From contig CAVYNY010000032.1 in the NCBI GenBank assembly GCA_963769935.1, positions 1-64,000 on the forward strand: 64,000 nucleotides of DNA, read 5' to 3'. A program made the position numbers and the translations under genes. The stretch's first letter is position 1; each line of letters opens with the position of its first letter. The DNA is from an uncultured delta proteobacterium. Lineage in GTDB: Bacteria; Desulfobacterota; Desulfobacteria; Desulfobacterales; JAFDCJ01. The notes below the pieces were generated by a model, which did no database searches, was not told where the DNA came from, and saw only the letters and a list, made by a program, of their open reading frames with translations. Below are positions 1-10,097 of this stretch, in pieces.

Positions 1-89
1 CCTACAACGACACTTAATATGATGTGATCTTTACATTTTTAACGCGGTCTGCCATACTACGCAACAACCCTTAAAAAAGGAGGCAGGCC

Positions 90-1375
90 ATGCTACCAAC
101 AATTCGGAGCGACGAATACCTTTACGCGGTTCCCAAGTTTGACCTTGATAAAGACGATATCAAGGATTTTATGAACGAACTAAGTGGCTTTCACGAACAG
201 TTCGCCGATTGTTTTCAACGCAGCGAGTCCAGAGAACACTTTTTGAAGTACATGGCCGGTCAGTTCAGCAATTTAGAACGTAAATCCATTGAACCCATTG
301 CCTTGGCAGTTATAGACGGCAACGTCAGGGCCCTGCAGCGTTTTGTCAGCGATGCCCCTTGGGACGAAGAGAATATGATACGCAAGTATCGTAGCCTTGT
401 TAACGAAGATCTCGGCAGCCCGGATGGTGCATTGATCTTCGATGAAACCGGCTTCGCAAAAAAGGGGCAAGACTCAATCGGTGTTGCCAGGCAATACTGC
501 GGAACCATCGGTAAAGTCGATGATTGCCAAGTCGGCGTCTTGGCCGCCTATGTTTCCGAGTATGGATACGCCTTGGTGGACAAGCAGTTGTTCATCCCGG
601 AACAGTGGTTCACAGACGATTATCTTGAACGTCGGAAAAAGAACAAGCTGCCCGCAGACACGGTGTTTCGAACCAAGCCTGAATTGGCAGCGCAGATGCT
701 TGGTGTTATCAGCACAGAAAAGATTCTGCCGTTCAAATATGTGCTGGCCGATGCGCTTTACGGCACAAGTCCTGAGTTTATTGCGGCGGTTGAGGCCTTG
801 CCGGATAAGACCTACTTCGTCCAGGTTCCCCAAAACACGCTATGTTGGCTCAAGCGGCCGATGACCATAACAAAAACCTATCGTTGGGGTGGTCGGACCC
901 GGACAAAGACCATCTGTAGATACCGACAGTAAACCATTGGCCGTTGAAGAGTTAGCTCATAATATCAACGACTATTTCTGGTACCGTCGCACGGTGTCTG
1001 AAGGCACCAAGGGACCGATCGTTTACGAGTTTACCAGACAGGGGGGTTATATACTACTAGGATGCCGGGCTTCTGAACAAGACCTTATGGCTGTTGATCC
1101 GGCGAACGCTGGGAGATGATCCCCAGTACAGCTACTTCATTAGCAACGCCTCATCGAGCACACGGCTGAAGACCCTGGTGTGGCTCAGTGGTTTGCGCTG
1201 GGCGATTGAGCAATGTTTCGAGGAGACCAAAACCGAACTGGGCATGGATCATTATGAAGTGCGCAAGTATCCCGGTTGGCATCACCACATATTAACGTGC
1301 ATGTTGGCACATTTTTTTCTCTGGCACCTGAAGATCAGGTTGGGAAAAAAAAGCACCGTCTATTACGCTGTCGCA
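90..1375 (+). mobile_element. IS701-family transposase, frameshifted (ORFs 90..932, 889..1119, 1094..1393) and 3'-truncated
   Basis: Motifs ERKSIEPIA, LQRFVSDAPWD, LIFDETGFAKKG, GVARQYCGTIGKVDDCQVGV, LADALYG, RWAIEQCFEETKTELGMDHYEVR..GWHHH are typical of IS701 DDE transposases. No right end is seen: the sequence switches to the AI-2E gene at ~1375. Confidence 0.85.
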
Positions 1376-1886
1376 TCAGCCTGGAACGAATAGATTCCGA
1401 TTCTTTCGTAGTTTTTGGCGAAGCCGGTTTAGAGGTTTGTCGCGCGGCTTCGGGCTTGCCCTTCTCTGTCTCGGTCTGGGAAATTTCAGTGGTGACTTCC
1501 GCCTGGAGTTTTGCCTCGGAAAGCACCGCTTGTTGCTCCATTTTGATCAGGGGCTTTTGGAGACGTTCCCAGTAAGAGGGCAACCGTTCCGAGAGCTTGG
1601 TGACCGCGTCACTCATCGGCCCGAAGAAAGCCCAGCCCGTCAAGGCAATTAACACAACCAATGCCGACACGATCAGCCCCGTCGCGCCTTTTCTTCCAGC
1701 CTTCAAAGCCCGCATCCGCAAGATCACCGGATTGACTGCGAGCGAGATCAGCAGAATCAGCAGAAACGAAAACAGAATGGGAGACAGCAGCGAGAACGTT
1801 TGGATGAACGCAAATAGCGCCGCTCCCAGTATCAAATAGGAAAGGAACGAGCGCGGCCGCTCGTCTGTTTTTGGATTGTTTGGCAT
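1376..1886 (-). pseudogene. AI-2E (PerM) family transporter, 3'-truncated at the IS junction
   Basis: N-terminal TM helices and LLISLAVNPVI..LSERLPSYWERLQ pattern. Only ~170 aa precede antisense IS701 sequence. Confidence 0.7.
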
Positions 1887-1971
1887 GGTATTTTCTCCCG
1901 TTGTTATCCTATCGCCCGACGACCGCGCAGGTTGAACAATGGACGATGCCCTGATTTTTTCTCAAAAACTC

Positions 1972-2364
1972 TTATTTCATAACTTTCTCATTCGATGAAA
2001 ACATATTGACAATAGTCTTGACAATTTCGCCAATCACCAAGGCATACTTTGCCAGATAATCAGCGGTCTCATTGATCGTCAATACTGTATCGGTGGTTTC
2101 ATGAGAAATGGTTCTGACGGCCTCACCCGCCTCACCAACGCTTTTTTTGACCTCTTCGCTGATTCTTACGGTATTCTCTGAAATCTCATTAATGTTGGGG
2201 ATGATTTGGTTAAAATGATCTTTGTTTCTTTGCAGCATGGTTGTGGCTTCTTTGATCAAGCCATTAATGTTTCTCAGCGTCACAATGGCGTATCCACCGG
2301 CCACTGCAATTAAAGCAAAAACGATAAATATGCCCAGTTCATTAAACGTAATGGATCCTTGCAT
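1972..2364 (-). CDS. DUF948/YoxC-like membrane-anchored coiled-coil protein
   Basis: N-terminal TM helix then helical repeat region. Adjacent to YtxH, a common pairing. Confidence 0.65.
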   Translation of the reverse strand: MQGSITFNELGIFIVFALIAVAGGYAIVTLRNINGLIKEATTMLQRNKDHFNQIIPNINEISENTVRISEEVKKSVGEAGEAVRTISHETTDTVLTINETADYLAKYALVIGEIVKTIVNMFSSNEKVMK

Positions 2365-2410
2365 AAGGTTGTCCTTTTTTTGCGTTTTGAAAAGCAGTTT
2401 TTACCCAACT

Positions 2411-2779
2411 CTATTTTGGGGATTCTTTCTTCTTATCTTCGTCTTCGCCTGATTTTTTCAAAGTTTCTTTTACGGCCTCAACGCCTTTTTGACCGGCTTC
2501 GCGCAAACGAGATCCCTTTTCCGTGGCCGAGGCGGATATTTTGGCTTTGGTTGCGGCCACATTATCTTTAAAATTCTTCATGGTTTCGCTGGTTTGATCG
2601 GCAATGATTTGCCGGGTTTCTTTGCCTGATTTTGGGGCGAACAGGATTCCGGCCGCAACCCCCAGTGCGGAGCCGATGCCGACCCCTATGACCATATTTT
2701 TGGTTCTGTTTCGTCGCATATCCTTTGCTCGCGAACTCCTGACTTTTTTCACTTGATTTGCCAATTCATTCAAAATCAT
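2411..2779 (-). CDS. YtxH domain protein
   Basis: GVGIGSALGVAAGILFAPKSGKETR signature; AGGAGG RBS before ATG at 2779. Confidence 0.85.
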   Translation of the reverse strand: MILNELANQVKKVRSSRAKDMRRNRTKNMVIGVGIGSALGVAAGILFAPKSGKETRQIIADQTSETMKNFKDNVAATKAKISASATEKGSRLREAGQKGVEAVKETLKKSGEDEDKKKESPK

Positions 2780-2998
2780 AATGTATCCTCCTATTTTGAT
2801 CATGTTCAACAACATAGTTTAACCCCCCTTTGCTAAATTTCGAAAGTTCAGCAAACTTTTCTACCGTCTTTCAGATAAAGTTTTTGGACTGCGGTATCAG
2901 TCGCCCCCCTTGTAGTCGTTTAATCACGCAAAAGGCGGCCTCGTGGCCGCCAATCGCCAATATAAAGTGTCAAGATGTGAGAAACAGCACCGAAGCAC

Positions 2999-3088
2999 CT
3001 ACCGTCGTCTTCTCCAATAGTAACCGCCTCCCCCGCCGAACACTAAAACCAACACTACGATGAGAATGATGAGAGTTGTCGTACTCAT
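2999..3088 (-). CDS. 29-aa small membrane protein (DUF3309-like), MSTTTLIILIVVLVLVFGGGGGYYWRRRR
   Basis: Translated by hand. AAAGGAGG RBS, one TM helix and a GGGGGYYW tail. It is the first gene downstream of a sigma54 promoter and is not in the ORF track. Confidence 0.75.
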   Translation of the reverse strand: MSTTTLIILIVVLVLVFGGGGGYYWRRRR

Positions 3089-3194
3089 GGTAATTTCCTC
3101 CCTTTAATTTGTTGTATTTTTTTGGTAGTTCCCGGAATACTTTTTCCGGGCGATTCATTTTCACTGATTATTATGCTTCTTATAATTCAATTAA

Positions 3195-3343
3195 TTCAAT
3201 TTTTGTGCCAGGTTTCCAATATTCAGCGTCGCGTCACCCATCATTTTGATTTATAAGAATAATTATTTAAAATAGCATTTGCAGGGCGGTCATTAACTGC
3301 CATATGGAAAGGGTTATATTTAACCACTGGTCATATTTGACCG
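3195..3343 (-). promoter_or_regulatory. sigma54-type promoter with IHF-like site and tandem palindromic UAS (copy 1)
   Basis: Minus strand TGGCAC-AAAAA-TTGA at 3210-3196; AATCAA-containing AT-rich site near 3240-3255; palindromes GGGTTATATTTAACCA (3311-3326) and TGGTCATATTTGACCG (3328-3343). Confidence 0.7.
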
Positions 3344-3411
3344 TTTTTAGGTCTCCTCAAATGTCGTGCCGATGCTATCGAGGTCAGATAGACGCACTCT
3401 CAGAATCTGCG

Positions 3412-4851
3412 TTACCCCTCCGGCTGTGCTACGGAGCCTGAATAAAATACGGTGCACGTTTTACCCTGAAGGAATTTCCACGCATCCTTGAGCGGATTCA
3501 ACACGGAACCGCCAATTGACTCAAAGATGCTTTCCTTCTCGATCTGTGGTTCACGGAAGGGCCCGTGCACTTTCTCGCTGTAAACGGCGCACCCTTGTTT
3601 ATCGAGGGCGGCTACGGTTACATCGACAAACTGCTCGTTGGTGAAGTTCAATCCCCCTGTCATGGCGATTCTTTGTTTTTCTGAGGCAAGGGCCACATCG
3701 CGCGCCTCGGCAATGCCGTTTTTTACCTTCCAGACCGAAACGAGTTTTCTGACGATCCCCTTTCCGCCCTGCGACGCTTCGTAGAGGCGTGCAAAATTGT
3801 AGCTCTTGGTGATTACCGGTCCGATGGGGCCCGCGAGCAAGAAGGCCGCCAAATCCACGAGGTTAAAGTTCCGGCTGCGTTCGTACTTCATGATAAACGC
3901 ATCGATATCGATGCTGGAGAGCATCAGGTTCTCCCCGTTCAAAGAAAGGTTGCCGTTAAGCGATCGCTTCAACTCATCAGCACTCTTGCCAATTGCCGTC
4001 AGGTCCGCGGAAAAGTTGATCGGCCCTTCTATGGTTTTCGGGGGGATTTTCTTGAGGGAGTATAGGTCAAAAAGGTCTTCGATCCTGACCCGATTTAGAT
4101 TATAGATTACCCTGTAATGCGGCGACGGCTCCGTCAGGTCCACATGAATGCTGCCGTTCCCGGTTCCGCCGGAGATGTTCATACTGACCGGGTTGATATC
4201 CAGTATTCCTTTTTCACCCGTGGCGCTCATTGCGAGGTTCATCAGGGTCAAACTATAGATTTTGAGTGTCTTGCATCTGGTATCCCCGGTAAATGAAATG
4301 TCCTTGAATGCTCCCAAGCTGTCCGTCCCGCTCGAGTGAAGGTTTCTAATGCTCAAATCCAAGTCATCGACTTCGATTTTCTCGCCGGATGTTTCATCCG
4401 TATAAACGAGGCTCCCCTGAGAGATGGATATCTTTTTCATGCCAAGAAGTTTTTCCCATGACGTGCGTGCCGGGTTTTCAAAATTAAGCATCCCGTTTTT
4501 GAACCGCGCTATGGAGAAGACCGGCTTGAAAAGCTCGACCTGGACTATCTTGATTTCGAACCTCGCGAGGGGGATGAGCTTCAGTCTTATCCTCATCTTC
4601 TCAATCGTAACGACATCCAATCCCTTGTTCCGCACGTTGACGTCCTTCAGCGATAGACCGAAGCCCGGGAAAAGGGCGATGCCCATCCTGCCTTTGATCC
4701 GGACATCCATTCCCAGAGCAGTAGACGCGGCCGCCTCGATCTGCGGTTTAAAGGCTTTGATATTGAGCAGAAGAGCGAGGATGCCTGCCAAGACAACCAG
4801 CGCGATGACGCCCGTTGTTATGAGCAGAACCTTTTTCTTATGGAGAATCAT
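3412..4851 (-). CDS. AsmA family protein
   Basis: N-terminal TM, then FKPQIEAAASTALG..LFPGFGLSLKDV AsmA-like start and beta-rich C-terminus. Confidence 0.8.
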   Translation of the reverse strand: MILHKKKVLLITTGVIALVVLAGILALLLNIKAFKPQIEAAASTALGMDVRIKGRMGIALFPGFGLSLKDVNVRNKGLDVVTIEKMRIRLKLIPLARFEIKIVQVELFKPVFSIARFKNGMLNFENPARTSWEKLLGMKKISISQGSLVYTDETSGEKIEVDDLDLSIRNLHSSGTDSLGAFKDISFTGDTRCKTLKIYSLTLMNLAMSATGEKGILDINPVSMNISGGTGNGSIHVDLTEPSPHYRVIYNLNRVRIEDLFDLYSLKKIPPKTIEGPINFSADLTAIGKSADELKRSLNGNLSLNGENLMLSSIDIDAFIMKYERSRNFNLVDLAAFLLAGPIGPVITKSYNFARLYEASQGGKGIVRKLVSVWKVKNGIAEARDVALASEKQRIAMTGGLNFTNEQFVDVTVAALDKQGCAVYSEKVHGPFREPQIEKESIFESIGGSVLNPLKDAWKFLQGKTCTVFYSGSVAQPEG

Positions 4852-4854
4852 GTT

Positions 4855-4977
4855 TCAGCTCCTCGGGCTCTTAGCAGGTACTTCTTTCTGTAAACACCTT
4901 TGCCTGTCCCGGCGGAGGTCCAAAGGGTTACACTCGTCATCGAGCTTTTCTTCGTACGCTTTTCTTTTGTCCTTCAT
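4855..4977 (-). pseudogene. Remnant of a small coiled-coil protein (MKDKRKAYEEKLD...)
   Basis: RBS plus an N-terminus resembling 'KRKAYEEKLDAQL' coiled-coil proteins, then divergent sequence. Confidence 0.45.
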
Positions 4978-5013
4978 AAGAGAACCTCCGTGATTGAAAC
5001 GTTTCGCCTTCCA

Positions 5014-5175
5014 TCAGCCCTTCTTCTTTCCCACGACCCGCAACACGATGCCGCCTACGAGGGAAATACCCCCCACGATCGGCGGAAGCGGAAGTGTTCT
5101 CGTCTTCTCAGCCGTCAGGTGGATGGGACCGAGATCGACGACCTTCTCTCTGGTCGTGTAACGGATGCCCTGATA
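5014..5175 (-). pseudogene. 5'-truncated small two-TM membrane protein (DUF3185-like): YQGIRYTTREKVVDLGPIHLTAEKTRTLPLPPIVGGISLVGGIV...
   Basis: Hand translation. No start codon or first TM: it begins 8 nt after the BON gene stop. Confidence 0.6.
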
Positions 5176-5183
5176 CCCGTCGC

Positions 5184-5501
5184 CTATTTTTTCACGTTCA
5201 GATCATTCTTTACGGATTTGACGCCTTGGACGCCTCGGGCGATTTCACCCGCTTTATCGACGGCCTGTTGAGAACCAACGAAGCCGCTCAGTTGAACGAT
5301 GCCTTTGTAAGTTTCCACACTGATTTCAAATGACTTGAGGAAATCATCGGCGGCAAGTTGGGATTTTACCTTCGTCGTGATGACCGAATCGTCAACGTAT
5401 TCACCCGCACCTTCCTGTTTGGATGTCGATGCACAGGCTGCAAAGCCGGTGATCAGCACCACGAGCATAAAACAGCGGATAAACATAAATCTCTTTTTCA
5501 T
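5184..5501 (-). CDS. BON domain lipoprotein (OsmY-like)
   Basis: Lipobox FAAC, GEYVDDSVITTKVK, ISVETYKGIVQLSGFV, VQGVKSVKNDL. Confidence 0.9.
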   Translation of the reverse strand: MKKRFMFIRCFMLVVLITGFAACASTSKQEGAGEYVDDSVITTKVKSQLAADDFLKSFEISVETYKGIVQLSGFVGSQQAVDKAGEIARGVQGVKSVKNDLNVKK

Positions 5502-5623
5502 AGCGGATACTCCTTTCCGATCTTTTCACGCCGAATACTTCATGCATTGCGGCATAATGGTATGAGTGTTTGATGCAGCCGGGGAAATGGCCTCAAAGGC
5601 GTGCCGGCGCATGATACGCCGTT

Positions 5624-5803
5624 TTATTTCCCCACGACCTTCTTGAACTTCCCGATCTTTTCTTGAACGTTCCCGTCTAAGTTTTCGGCTTTGCCTTCGG
5701 CTTCCAATTTGCGATTCTTGACTATTTTCCCAAGGATCTGCTTGCTCTTACCTTTCAATTGGTGCATCTTGCCTTCGGCGTTGTCTTGTGTGCTTGATTT
5801 CAT
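5624..5803 (-). CDS. csbD: CsbD family stress protein
   Basis: MKSSTQDNAEGKMHQLKGKSKQILGK...LEAEGKAENLDGNVQEKIG; AGGAGG RBS. Confidence 0.85.
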   Translation of the reverse strand: MKSSTQDNAEGKMHQLKGKSKQILGKIVKNRKLEAEGKAENLDGNVQEKIGKFKKVVGK

Positions 5804-5831
5804 GGTGTTCCTCCTGTCTTTCATTGGATTG

Positions 5832-6020
5832 TTACCCAATACGAATTGCTGAGATGTTTCCTATGACTCCAAAGACACTCAAAAGCCAGACAACGACTGC
5901 AATAACCACTACCACATTCAGAATTCTCTTTAGTGTAGATTGCATCGGTATGTAGCTGTTGATTACCCATAGTATCACCCCAACGATAACCAAAACGATT
6001 ACCAAATGAATGAGCGGCAT
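5832..6020 (-). CDS. Small two-TM membrane protein (Thivi_2564-like)
   Basis: LIHLVIVLVIVGVILWVINSYIPMQSTLKRILNVVVVIAVVVWLL pattern. Confidence 0.8.
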   Translation of the reverse strand: MPLIHLVIVLVIVGVILWVINSYIPMQSTLKRILNVVVVIAVVVWLLSVFGVIGNISAIRIG

Positions 6021-6064
6021 TGTTTATCTCCTTTCATGTGTTGCTTGTTGACCGTCAAAAAGTG

Positions 6065-6214
6065 TTAGGCTCGTCTTCGTCCTTGAATAAATTGAATCAA
6101 TATCACGATGATGGCGATGACCAGCAGGACATGAATGACGCCACCCAGCGTGTAGCCGGTAATCAATCCCAGCCCCCACAGAATTAAGAGAACCACAAAT
6201 AGGGTCCAAAGCAT
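6065..6214 (-). CDS. lmo0937-family small membrane protein (49 aa)
   Basis: Hand translation MLWTLFVVLLILWGLGLITGYTLGGVIHVLLVIAIIVILIQFIQGRRRA; AAGGAG RBS; below the track cutoff. Confidence 0.85.
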   Translation of the reverse strand: MLWTLFVVLLILWGLGLITGYTLGGVIHVLLVIAIIVILIQFIQGRRRA

Positions 6215-6311
6215 GATCGACTCCTTTCCAACAACGCTAAAATCTTTTTATGAAGGTCTACGATTTCCGGTCCTTCGGAGAAGCGCCAGGACGTAACCCT
6301 ACCCCCACGCT

Positions 6312-6746
6312 TCAATGTTTTCGCTTTCTGGACACCAGTGCTCCTTGGATTGTCCTTAGAAGTTCTTCCAGTCTAAAAGGTTTAAATATGACTGAGTCAA
6401 CAGGCTCTCTTTCCACCTTCCTCCGAACAGTCTCCCTGTCAGAGCCGGTTATCAGTATAACCGGCGTGCTTGGAGATCTTTCCTTGATATGGCGGGCCAA
6501 ACTCAAACCGTCCATGGCGGGCATCTGAAGGTCGGTTAAAACCAAATCGAAAGAGCTTTCGAGAAAGGCAGCCAGCGCTTCAATGCCGTTGCCGGCAAGC
6601 GCCACCTCAAATCCCATGAACCCAAGGAATGTAGAAACTGCGTTTCGAATGGTCCTGTTATCATCAGCCACCAGTATACGTCTGGGTATTGCTTGCGCTG
6701 TGTTTGAGTTAACTGATTTTTGGATCTTATTGATGGTCTCTCCCAT
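6312..6746 (-). CDS. Single-domain response regulator
   Basis: ILVADD, DLVLTDLQMPAMDGL, VILITG, FKPF receiver motifs. Confidence 0.9.
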   Translation of the reverse strand: MGETINKIQKSVNSNTAQAIPRRILVADDNRTIRNAVSTFLGFMGFEVALAGNGIEALAAFLESSFDLVLTDLQMPAMDGLSLARHIKERSPSTPVILITGSDRETVRRKVEREPVDSVIFKPFRLEELLRTIQGALVSRKRKH

Positions 6747-6842
6747 ACCACACCTATATTTTTGTGAACAATGATGTTACGTGCCCCTTTCTGTTCAGTT
6801 CAACAGTGCGGGGATTCCGATTCTACGGACGGAATTCGCCCA

Positions 6843-7148
6843 TTAAATCTCCACCACCCCTTCCGTACGATTAACGGTGTGGAATATCAGTTCACAGGGC
6901 TCTTGGAGAAGGTTCATCGCACCCCGCAGTACCCTAAAATGCTCCGACTTCAGGTGGGCCGTAAGGTCCTCCAGGGTATCCCATTCCTCTATAAGACAGA
7001 GTCCATTTTCATTCTGCAAACTCTGGCAGAAGTCGCAGCTCCGGCATCCCTTCTTCGTCCTTATGGCACGGGTCAGGGATACAATCGCATCTGACAGCTC
7101 CGCGCGCTTCTTAGAAATGACCTTCATTCGCATGAGGACCAGAATCAT
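6843..7148 (-). CDS. ABM (putative quinol monooxygenase) family protein
   Basis: KKGCRSCDF..LIEEWDTLEDLTAHLKSEHF. Confidence 0.8.
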   Translation of the reverse strand: MILVLMRMKVISKKRAELSDAIVSLTRAIRTKKGCRSCDFCQSLQNENGLCLIEEWDTLEDLTAHLKSEHFRVLRGAMNLLQEPCELIFHTVNRTEGVVEI

Positions 7149-7160
7149 ACAAGGCATAAA

Positions 7161-7176
7161 TGCAAATGGCTTGCCA
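7161..7176 (-). promoter_or_regulatory. Canonical sigma54 -24/-12 element
   Basis: Minus strand TGGCAA-GCCAT-TTGCA, directly upstream of the ABM gene. Confidence 0.6.
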
Positions 7177-7371
7177 CCCAGCGAAAGAAAACCATAAGTG
7201 CTGATTTAACAGGGGGTTAGATTGATAGAAGAGAAAACTAGAGAAGGTTGAAACGATCGGGTTGCCCTCAATATTCGGTGGAGCCTCCATATGTTGAGGG
7301 ATGCGTTGCGGTGAGTCAGCCGGCTTATTAGCTGAATTTTGCACGAACTGGAGGCGTTCAGCATTCAGGTA

Positions 7372-9353
7372 TTAACCTGACTCCTTGGTCCCCGGCCGGA
7401 CGATCCCGAGCTTATGCATTCTCGCTCTCAAGGTGCTCGGGTGGAGGCCCAGGATCGCAGCGGCCCCGTCCTTGCCCTCGATGCGCCATCGGGTTTCGGA
7501 AAGCATTTTAAGAATCTGGCTTCGCTCGGTCTCTTCCAAGGTTCTCATCTTAGATGATAATAGGGGGGGTGAATGTATCCAGTTTGTCCGCCAGATGCAA
7601 GACCGGCCCGGGGCACAAGATGACGGCCCGTTCAATGATGTTTTCCAGCTCCCGGACGTTCCCGGGCCACGGGTAATCCTGCAGCGCTTGCATCGTCTCA
7701 TTCGGAATGGACGTAATCTGTTTGCCCAATTTTTTGGCGAATCGCTCAACCAAGGCCTGGACCAGCAGCGGGATGTCTGCTATCCGCTGCCGCAGCGGAG
7801 GGACAGTGATGGGAAAGACGTTCAGCCGATAGAAAAGGTCCTGCCGAAACCAGCCCTTGCGGACCCCTTCCTCAAGGTCTCGATTGGTCGTCGCCACGAT
7901 CCGCACATCGACTTTGGTGGTATAGGACGAGCCCAGGCGCTCAAACTCGTTATGTTGAATCACCCGCAGGAGCTTGGCCTGGATCTCCAGCGGCAGTTCT
8001 CCGATCTCGTCCAGGCAAAGGGTGGACCCATTGGCGACCTCGAACCGGCCGGCCCGCCGGGTATCGGCCCCGGTAAATGCCCCCTTCTCCCGGCCGAACA
8101 ACTCGCTCTCTATTAAATTGGCCGGCAGGGCCGCACAGTTGACACTAATCAGCGGCCGATCCTTGCGCGGGCTCAGGTTGTGAATGGCGCTGGCGATCAA
8201 CTCCTTGCCCGTTCCGGTCTCACCAAGGACGAGGACCGTTGTGTTCATAGGAGCGACCTGCTCCGCTCGATAGAGAACATACCTGAGACCGTCACTTTGC
8301 CCGATAATATTTTCGAATCCATGTCTCATTTTGTTCTCGTTGCGGAAGTAAAGATTCTCGGTCTCGAGCTGATCTTTCATTGCCTTGATTTCAGAAAGAG
8401 CCCTCCGAAGCTCGACCGTCCGCTCCTCGACCTGCCGTTCGAGATTGTCATGGGCTTTTTGCAGCTTCCCATCCATCTTCTTGCGCTCGGTGATGTCCAC
8501 CATTACGACAATAATGCCGATGGCGCCTTTATGGGTGCTAAATGCGTTGGCCCTCAATAGAAAGGAAATAGGCTCGTTATCCCCATGCTTGGAAGTGACC
8601 TCAACTGCGTGGAGTAACTTGTCTCTCAGGGCAGATAGAAGGACAAAGGGAGTCCCGCCGGGATAGCGGAGGTGAAATGCCTCGTCAAACGACTCAAAGA
8701 TTGGGCTTCTACCGAAGAGCCTATCGGCCGACTGACTTGCACGGATGATGCGGCCCCGGGGGTCGCAAAGAACAACTATTTCCGCAGCGTGTTCGAGGAT
8801 CTGAGTTGTCAGTTTTTCCTCTGCCAACATCGTTTCAGTGCGCTTTTGCTCCGTCAGGTCGGTAACCACCATGCACACCGCGCCGGGCATATCCGTGAGC
8901 TGAAGAGGGCTTGCGGCAAGCAAGACCGGTGCAACATTTTCACCGCCGGTCTGTATGGCCAATTCTGTCTTACTGTTCCCCTTTAACCCCCGCTTAACCA
9001 ATGCCTCAAATAATAGCAAGGTCTGTTGCTGAAATGTATGGGTAGATGGAAGATCCGATAACTTTTTCCAGCGACCCTTTGACGATATCTGCAAAACGCT
9101 GGTTACAAAAAAGGATCGTGCCGTCGGGGGACAGGGTGACGGCCCCCTCGTTCATGGTTTCGACCATGACCCGGTAAGGATGATCGGCGCCCGTTAGGGT
9201 AAAGACCCGATCGCCTTCCGCCGTTGAGACAACCAGGGCATCCGCCTCACCGCCTCGGATAGCGCGCAGAGTTTCCTCGGCTTCCATCATCCGCGACGTG
9301 AGTCCCTGCAACTCATCCAAAAGTTGCCGGTGTGTTCTATCCGATTTGCTCAT
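7372..9353 (-). CDS. PAS-PAS sigma54-dependent enhancer-binding protein (NtrC/FhlA-type AAA+ and HTH); two apparent frameshifts (~9017 and the G7 run at 7563-7569)
   Basis: [63 protein letters not shown]. Spread over three ORFs (9006..9353, 7550..9094, 7372..7749) that join colinearly. Confidence 0.85.
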
Positions 9354-9363
9354 GGGTTCGTGC

Positions 9364-9708
9364 TCATGAATTATTGGCTTTCAGATCAATGCCCACCAGA
9401 AACCTTTCCGTATCCGACATGTCGCCGATGAGCCTGCGCAGCGGCAGGGGGAGCTTCTTGATGAGCGTTGGGGCGGCGATAATCTGCTCTCCCTTGGCCA
9501 GCTTGGGCTGCTGGTAGATGTCTATCACCTCGAGTTCGTAGCGGCCTGCCAGGTGTTTTTTACAGAGTTCCTGGACATTGGCGATGGCACGGGTTGACTT
9601 TGGGGTCATCCCGCTAACATATAGCCGAAGAACGTACTTTGCCGGGTCTCGTCCCGCCGCCTCTTTTTCGAATTCCGCAGTGCTCGTTTCTTTTCTTTTT
9701 CTCTTCAT
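9364..9708 (-). CDS. kaiB: KaiB-like protein (second copy)
   Basis: YVLRLYVSGMTPKSTRAI..YELEVIDIYQQPKLA..QIIAAPTLIKKLPLPLRRLIGDMS. Confidence 0.9.
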   Translation of the reverse strand: MKRKRKETSTAEFEKEAAGRDPAKYVLRLYVSGMTPKSTRAIANVQELCKKHLAGRYELEVIDIYQQPKLAKGEQIIAAPTLIKKLPLPLRRLIGDMSDTERFLVGIDLKANNS

Positions 9709-9763
9709 GGCTGTTAAACCAAAAGTTATAACTCCGGCAGACTTTCCCCTGACTCCTGATTTA

Positions 9764-10096
9764 TCATCCGGAGACAGGACGAATGTCGAGCCCCACCAGC
9801 ACGCGCTCGGTGTTGGCCAGATCTCCGATAATCTTTTTAAGCGGTTCCGGAAGCTTCCTTACCAGGGTCGGTATGGCAATAATCTGGTCCCCTTTGGCAA
9901 GCTGGGGATTCTTTAAAAGGTCGATCACTTCAATGCGGTATTTCCCCGCGAGGTGCTCTTCGCAGATTTTCTTTAAATTAGCAAAGGCCGTAATCGATTT
10001 CGGGGTCTGACCGGCTACATATAGCCGGAGATTCCAGATTTCTTTTGTCGAATCGGTCTTGGCCTTCTTCCTCTTTCCGGCTGAGGCAGCTTTCAT
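9764..10096 (-). CDS. kaiB: Circadian clock protein KaiB
   Basis: [62 protein letters not shown]. Confidence 0.95.
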   Translation of the reverse strand: MKAASAGKRKKAKTDSTKEIWNLRLYVAGQTPKSITAFANLKKICEEHLAGKYRIEVIDLLKNPQLAKGDQIIAIPTLVRKLPEPLKKIIGDLANTERVLVGLDIRPVSG

Positions 10097-10097
10097 C

